A stretch of DNA of 64,000 bases. It comes from Prevotella sp. GTDB taxonomy: Bacteria; Bacteroidota; Bacteroidia; Bacteroidales; Dysgonomonadaceae. Shown here piece after piece: positions 59,142 through 64,000 of this stretch. Where the stretch lies: positions 29,931 to 93,930 of the forward strand of contig JAITVV010000089.1 of the NCBI GenBank assembly GCA_031285625.1, written 5' to 3'. The position numbers and the translations under genes were made by a program. Position 1 is the stretch's first letter; each line of letters starts with the position of its first letter. The notes below the pieces were generated by a model. That model was not told where the DNA came from. It was given only the letters and a program-made list of their open reading frames with translations, and made no database searches.

Positions 59142-60131
59142 TCAGGGCAAATTTTTTTTCGAAATTGTAAAACCAGAAATATAATCCCGTTGTTTTTCAA
59201 AAAACGAAATCCGTTCTTTTTCTCCACTAATACTTATCAATGTGGAGTATTTTATCAGAGATTCTATTCATTCCTTTGTTATCTGACAAATATATTGATC
59301 AGAAGAATAGATAGAGTGAATCTGGTAAACCGGGATATACGCTTCTTCTATATTTTCTCCTTTAACATAGGTATAGTTGTTCTCAAAATCAACATGCGAA
59401 AGATATAACCATATCTTTTCACATCGGTCACTTTGTCCTCCGGTTGCTATCCACTCTAATGTATCCAAAAGGTGTAAAAGTTCTTCTTTCAGACCTAAAA
59501 AAAGCTCGTCAGAAATAAACCGTAGCTCATAAAAATGTAATATCTGTTTGAAAAATGAAACAAATATCTGGCGTCCAAAGATAAATGATATTTCAGCATT
59601 CTCATATAACCTATATACCAACTCTTTTACCTTCATTCTATCTTTTTCTATATCAAGAGATTCAAAAAGATAGGATCCCCCTCTATGCATCTGGTACCCC
59701 CATTTATATGCCCGGAATTGAAATAAAAGAGGATAATTCTGTAATAAAGAGGAGGGAATAGTATTGTATGCAGTCATTATACTTATGGGCCTATCTTCAT
59801 ATTTTCGACATGCAGCCTCATATTTCTGATATACCAGATTTATATAATAGCTTGTGTGATCCACTACATCTATACCAGATGATGGTGCAAATATTTTGAA
59901 ACCAGAAGAGTGTTTATCACCGACAATACTATCTAATGATATCTCTAACTCCTTGGCCAGCATACATGATTCTGTAAAAGAAAAGGGAACATCTCCTCTA
60001 AGCCTTCTATATGCAGCCTCTTTTGCAATCGAAAGCACATCTGTTAATAAAAGCAGTTGATCATTTTTCTTAGGTAAGCGACTTTCAATCTCTTGTACTA
60101 AACTCTTATTAAACCCGGAATTTGTTTCCAT
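59142..60131 (-). pseudogene. Bacteroidetes HTH regulator interrupted by in-frame TGA (59268-59270); 329 aa if read through
   Basis: HTH KEAAYRRLRGDVPFS. After the TGA the frame continues 41 codons (IESLIKYSTLISISGEKERISFFEKQR...) to TGA at 59142. Confidence 0.7.
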
Positions 60132-60234
60132 AATTTATTTTTTTAATTATGTCCGCAGTTTAATTTCGTCAGGAAGTATTTAAAGAAAATAAAAATTACT
60201 TAGACTCCAGCTTATTTGTGTCTTTTTAACACAT

Positions 60235-61071
60235 TTAGAATAGTACGCCCCTTACCATCCGGTCATTCTTACTCAGATCTTTAAACAAAACAACTTCCTT
60301 AAAGCCTTTCTTTCTGAGGGCTTCCATAGTTTCGTCTCCCTTTACCTGGTTGATCTCAAAATATAATTTACCTCCGGGTCTTAGGGCATCTAAAGCTATA
60401 TCAGCAATCCTGTTATAAAACAAGAGGGCATCAGCATCAGGAACGAAAAGGGCGGAGTGGGGTTCGTACGCAAGTACATTTTGTTCCATAACATTTTTTT
60501 CGCTTTCGAGAACATAAGGAGGGTTGCTGACTATTATGTCATACTTGATATCCTTTGGGTAATCATCAAGTACATCTACTTTATTAAATTCTACCTGCAC
60601 ATTATTTCTTTCAGCATTATGTTTTGCCATATCCAGGGCTCCTTGTGAGAAGTCCCATGCAAAAACATCCGCCCTATTGAGATGTTTAGCCAGAGCAATG
60701 GCAATAGCTCCACTTCCTGTACCAATATCCAAGATCTTCAATCCTGATTTATTGTTTTCGTTAATTATGAGCTCAACAAGCTCTTCAGTCTCGGGACGTG
60801 GTATAAGTGTATCGCTATTTACAGAAAATGGCAGCCCGAAAAATTCCGTTTCTCCAACGATATATTGTATCGGTTCGTATTGCTTTAGTCTTTCTATAAT
60901 TGATTCTATTTGCACATTCGTTTCGCAAGAAAAAATCAAATGATCTATATATGCCTGCGGATATGGTTTATGACTTATATGCTCTATTATAATACGTATA
61001 AATCCCGAAATTTCATTTTCGGGATAATATGTTTTTAATGATTCTTTTATGTAAGGAATTGTTCTTCGCAC
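60235..61071 (-). CDS. prmC: Release factor glutamine methyltransferase
   Basis: EPIQYI, LIPRPETEELV, LDIGTGSGAIA, VSNPPY, YEP..ALF. Confidence 0.95.
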   Translation of the reverse strand: MRRTIPYIKESLKTYYPENEISGFIRIIIEHISHKPYPQAYIDHLIFSCETNVQIESIIERLKQYEPIQYIVGETEFFGLPFSVNSDTLIPRPETEELVELIINENNKSGLKILDIGTGSGAIAIALAKHLNRADVFAWDFSQGALDMAKHNAERNNVQVEFNKVDVLDDYPKDIKYDIIVSNPPYVLESEKNVMEQNVLAYEPHSALFVPDADALLFYNRIADIALDALRPGGKLYFEINQVKGDETMEALRKKGFKEVVLFKDLSKNDRMVRGVLF

Positions 61072-61077
61072 AAATAT

Positions 61078-61704
61078 TCAATTAGTTACTTTTATTATCG
61101 TTTCAATATCCGGTAATAAATATACATTATCTATCCCATATACTTTACGCCTTCCTAAGTTCATATCAGGCTTGATCAGACTATCATTTACTGCTTTGTT
61201 TACAGATAGTGCTACCAGTTCGGTACAATATACTTTCTTATCTTCCGAAGCGTCGAAATCCAGATCAAAAGGAGTTTTATCAATAAAATAACCCTTTGCA
61301 TAAACAGCTATATTATTACGGACAGAGTCTCCTGCATTGATACGATAGATTCCCCATGTTGTAATACCATCCAGAAAAACCTGTATAGCTTCTCTTTTTA
61401 CATGACCAACACCGGTTAGCTCACTTGCTTCGGCATGAATCACAAACAATGAATCTCCATACTGATCCACTATCCCCACATGAGAATATAGTTTTTCAGA
61501 TAAAGAATAGTTCTTAAATTGATTAGAAAAGAAACCAGTCCCTAAGCGGCAGATAATATCGCCGTTTTGTATCCCCTCAAATAATAAAGGATCTATTGGT
61601 TTCTTCTCTTCTTTCGCACATCCGGCAAAAGTCAGGAAGAATAGAATAAGAAAGAAAAAGCAGGTTTGCGACCTTATTTTTTCATATCTATAATTACTTT
61701 CCAA
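61078..61704 (-). CDS. Permuted papain-like NlpC/P60 (YiiX/YebB-like) lipoprotein
   Basis: Lipobox FAGC, NGDIICR, YSHVGI (His), VIHA, PFD, YCTELV (Cys); start codon uncertain. Confidence 0.8.
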   Translation of the reverse strand: MESNYRYEKIRSQTCFFFLILFFLTFAGCAKEEKKPIDPLLFEGIQNGDIICRLGTGFFSNQFKNYSLSEKLYSHVGIVDQYGDSLFVIHAEASELTGVGHVKREAIQVFLDGITTWGIYRINAGDSVRNNIAVYAKGYFIDKTPFDLDFDASEDKKVYCTELVALSVNKAVNDSLIKPDMNLGRRKVYGIDNVYLLPDIETIIKVTN

Positions 61705-62018
61705 TCTCCGTCTATTTTTACAAGTTCGAGAGTTTGTTCTCTTTCATCTTCGGCTCCTTTGAACGTTACCCAAGCTCTATTATCCACAATAGAATCTTTA
61801 ACGAAAGTAAATTTAAAGTCAGGATTAATTTTGCTACCCCCACCCATACTGGATGCAAAGTCAAGCATCTTTCCGGTTGACTCAGTTGCATATTTTTTAG
61901 CTTCATCAACCTTTCCTTTCGCAAGATTTTCAGAGAAATTCTGTGCCGCTTTTTGAGGACCCGACGAGCATGAACACATAAGAGCTATTATAGCTAATAA
62001 AAAAAGAACTTTTTTCAT
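61674..62018 (-). CDS. DUF4878-like (NTF2-like) lipoprotein
   Basis: Lipobox, GP.KAA..F...LAKG..DEAKKY, LVKIDGDWKV. Confidence 0.75.
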   Translation of the reverse strand: MKKVLFLLAIIALMCSCSSGPQKAAQNFSENLAKGKVDEAKKYATESTGKMLDFASSMGGGSKINPDFKFTFVKDSIVDNRAWVTFKGAEDEREQTLELVKIDGDWKVIIDMKK

Positions 62019-62075
62019 TTCAGTAATTAATTTATAGAATTTAACTTATTGACAAAGATATGTTTTTAAATGATT

Positions 62076-63296
62076 TTACTCTGATTCTTCATCATATTTC
62101 TGAAACAAAAAGTCATTGTATGGATAGCGTTCGATATGTATTGCTTTTACCCGGTCATATACTTTTTGTTTCAACTCATCAATGTTGAGCTTCTCCTTTG
62201 CCGAAATAAATATACAATCATCATGCATTTTATTCATCCATGTTTTTTTCAGTTCGTCCAGCGAAATGTTTTCTCTGGTTTTCGGAGTCAGGTCATCTTC
62301 GTCTTTTGGTGTATACGTAAATGCATCTACTTTATTAAATACTAATATCGTAGGTTTTTCTTCCTTATCAATATCAAGCAAAGTTTTGTTCACTACTTCT
62401 ATCTGTTCTTCGAAGTTAGGATGCGAAATATCTACAACGTGTACCAGCATATCTGCTTCCCTTACTTCATCCAAGGTAGATTTGAATGATTCAACCAGAT
62501 GTGTAGGTAGTTTACGGATAAATCCCACCGTATCTGATAATAAGAAAGGAAGGTTGTCTATAATCACTTTCCGTACAGTAGTATCTAATGTAGCAAATAG
62601 CTTATTCTCAGCAAAAACATCCGATTTACTTAGTAGGTTCATCATGGTGGATTTACCCACATTGGTGTATCCTACAAGGGCTACTCGTACCATTTTTCCC
62701 CTGTTCTTTCGCTGCGAAGCCATTTGTTTGTCAATACCTTTTAGTTCTTCCTTAAGGAATGCAATCTTAGTAAGAATTATCCGGCGGTCGGTTTCCAGCT
62801 GGGTTTCACCGACTCCACGCATCATTACACCCCCACCTCGTTGACGGTCTAAGTGAGTCCACAGACGGGTCAGGCGTGGAAGCAAGTATTGGTACTGGGC
62901 CAGCTCTACCTGCGTTTTAGCATAAGCCGTTTGTGCACGCATAGCAAAGATATCGAGAATAAGGCTGGTACGGTCAAGTATCTTGATCTGCAATTCTTTC
63001 TCAATATTCCGGATCTGCTTTGGTGAAAGTTCATCGTCGAAAATAACAAGTCCGATCTCATGATCTTCTGCATATTGCTTTATCTCCTGCAACTTTCCGG
63101 TACCTACAAATGTTACAGGATTCGGCTTATCCAGTTTTTGAGTGAAATTTTTTGCCGGAATAATACCTGCAGTCTCTGCCAGGAATGCCAGTTCGTCAAG
63201 GTATTCCTTAACCTGGTCTTCGTTTTGTTCTTGTGTAATAAGCCCAACAAGAATAGCTTGTTCGTTTTTTGATTCTGATATAATAAAATCTTTCAT
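62076..63296 (-). CDS. hflX: GTPase HflX
   Basis: LILDIFAMRA, GETQLETDRR, GYTNVGKST, LFATLDTT, DTVGFI, NKVD. Confidence 0.96.
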   Translation of the reverse strand: MKDFIISESKNEQAILVGLITQEQNEDQVKEYLDELAFLAETAGIIPAKNFTQKLDKPNPVTFVGTGKLQEIKQYAEDHEIGLVIFDDELSPKQIRNIEKELQIKILDRTSLILDIFAMRAQTAYAKTQVELAQYQYLLPRLTRLWTHLDRQRGGGVMMRGVGETQLETDRRIILTKIAFLKEELKGIDKQMASQRKNRGKMVRVALVGYTNVGKSTMMNLLSKSDVFAENKLFATLDTTVRKVIIDNLPFLLSDTVGFIRKLPTHLVESFKSTLDEVREADMLVHVVDISHPNFEEQIEVVNKTLLDIDKEEKPTILVFNKVDAFTYTPKDEDDLTPKTRENISLDELKKTWMNKMHDDCIFISAKEKLNIDELKQKVYDRVKAIHIERYPYNDFLFQKYDEESE

Positions 63297-63485
63297 ATAG
63301 TCTATTTAGAATAAGTACGTTTGTAAAGAGATCAGCTCAATACAAAAAATAAAAGTAATATTTAGGATTAGAAAAGATCATATCTTCATGAAAGAAAATA
63401 TGATAACATGAAGTATTTGTCAATAGTTCACGTTTTTAAGAAAAGTAATTTTAATTTTCATTGTAGTGTCTTTATAATCATGAAT

Positions 63486-63515
63486 AAAAAAGAGCCTGCT
63501 TATAGGCAGGCTCTT
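63486..63515 (-). terminator. Intrinsic terminator of rplS
   Basis: AGAGCCTGC/GCAGGCTCT stem followed by a T run on the minus strand. Confidence 0.85.
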
Positions 63516-63550
63516 CTGTATCTTTTTCGTACTTATTACAAAATAAAGAT

Positions 63551-63913
63551 TTAAGCTTTGTTGGAAACAACTCTTTTTTCTTTGATTCTCGCTTTCTTAC
63601 CTGTAAGACTACGAAGGTAATACAATTTAGCACGACGTACTTTACCTACTTTATTTACAATAATGCTGTCAATAAATGGTGATTCGATAGGGAAAATTCT
63701 TTCTACACCGATGTTATCAGACATTTTGCGAACAGTAAAACGTTTTTTGTTTCCATGTCCTGCTATTTTGATAACTACACCACGGTATTGCTGAACACGT
63801 TCTTTGTTACCTTCTTTAATGCGGTAAGCAATAGTCACCGTGTCACCACTTTTGAATTTAGGAAACTCTTTTCCTGTAGCAAATGCTTCTTCTGCAACTT
63901 TAATTAAGTCCAT
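63551..63913 (-). CDS. rplS: 50S ribosomal protein L19
   Basis: [39 protein letters not shown]. Confidence 0.98.
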   Translation of the reverse strand: MDLIKVAEEAFATGKEFPKFKSGDTVTIAYRIKEGNKERVQQYRGVVIKIAGHGNKKRFTVRKMSDNIGVERIFPIESPFIDSIIVNKVGKVRRAKLYYLRSLTGKKARIKEKRVVSNKA

Positions 63914-63939
63914 GATTATATGATGGTTTTGTTGTTAAT

Positions 63940-63980
63940 ATACGCAATATACACGAGCCTCTCTCGTCAGAGATTACGCA
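63940..63980 (-). promoter_or_regulatory. Candidate L19 ribosomal-protein leader RNA
   Basis: Lies between the TATCTTTG box (63990-63997) and rplS: GCGUAAU-CUCUG-ACGAG-AGAGG-CUCGU-GUAU-AUUGCGU nested stems. Confidence 0.5.
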
Positions 63981-64000
63981 AAGCGGATGCAAAGATAAAA

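Noticed and set aside
61674-61685. ATG-A6-TAA as a phase-variable or frameshift start (MKKIRS...) for the NlpC/P60 lipoprotein
   Set aside because: The ATG is in the DUF4878 frame, so any indel would fuse the genes with an internal signal peptide. A6 is short and not a canonical slippery heptamer, so a TTG start is simpler.
62182-62844. 220-aa + strand ORF and similar Ser/Ile-rich ORFs opposite leuS, nuo, rng, prs and GH3
   Set aside because: Typical reverse-frame shadows of conserved genes.
1-64000. CRISPR array, tRNA/rRNA, prophage, IS or integrase
   Set aside because: No regularly spaced repeats, cloverleaf signatures or mobility genes seen by eye; tRNAscan-SE, Infernal and a CRISPR finder would confirm.

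Overview
AT-rich Bacteroidales chromosomal window, probably Dysgonomonas or a close relative. That is an inference from gene content, protein style and the many TAnnTTTG -7 promoter boxes. It is mostly housekeeping: rlmH, ruvB, leuS, ssb, an 11-subunit nuo operon lacking nuoEFG, mutY, HU, RNase E/G, prs, psd/pssA, recX, prmC, hflX and rplS. I see no tRNA/rRNA, CRISPR array, integrase or transposase. The most notable block is 23.5-28.7 kb. It holds an aerolysin/ETX-MTX2-like pore-forming lipoprotein with a ricin-type lectin N-terminus. That gene converges on an ECF sigma / dual-membrane-spanning anti-sigma / NigD module, which sits directly behind a TonB-less exbBD pair. Features missed or truncated by the ORF track are a porin at the left edge, a 30-aa bS22 ribosomal protein, and an HTH regulator broken by an in-frame TGA at a probable Trp codon. 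Candidate non-coding elements include an L19 leader, a nuoA leader, a promoter-headed hairpin RNA next to leuS and a perfect 28-bp palindrome. LeuRS has KMGKR instead of KMSKS. All family assignments are from motif recognition by eye; no database search was run.
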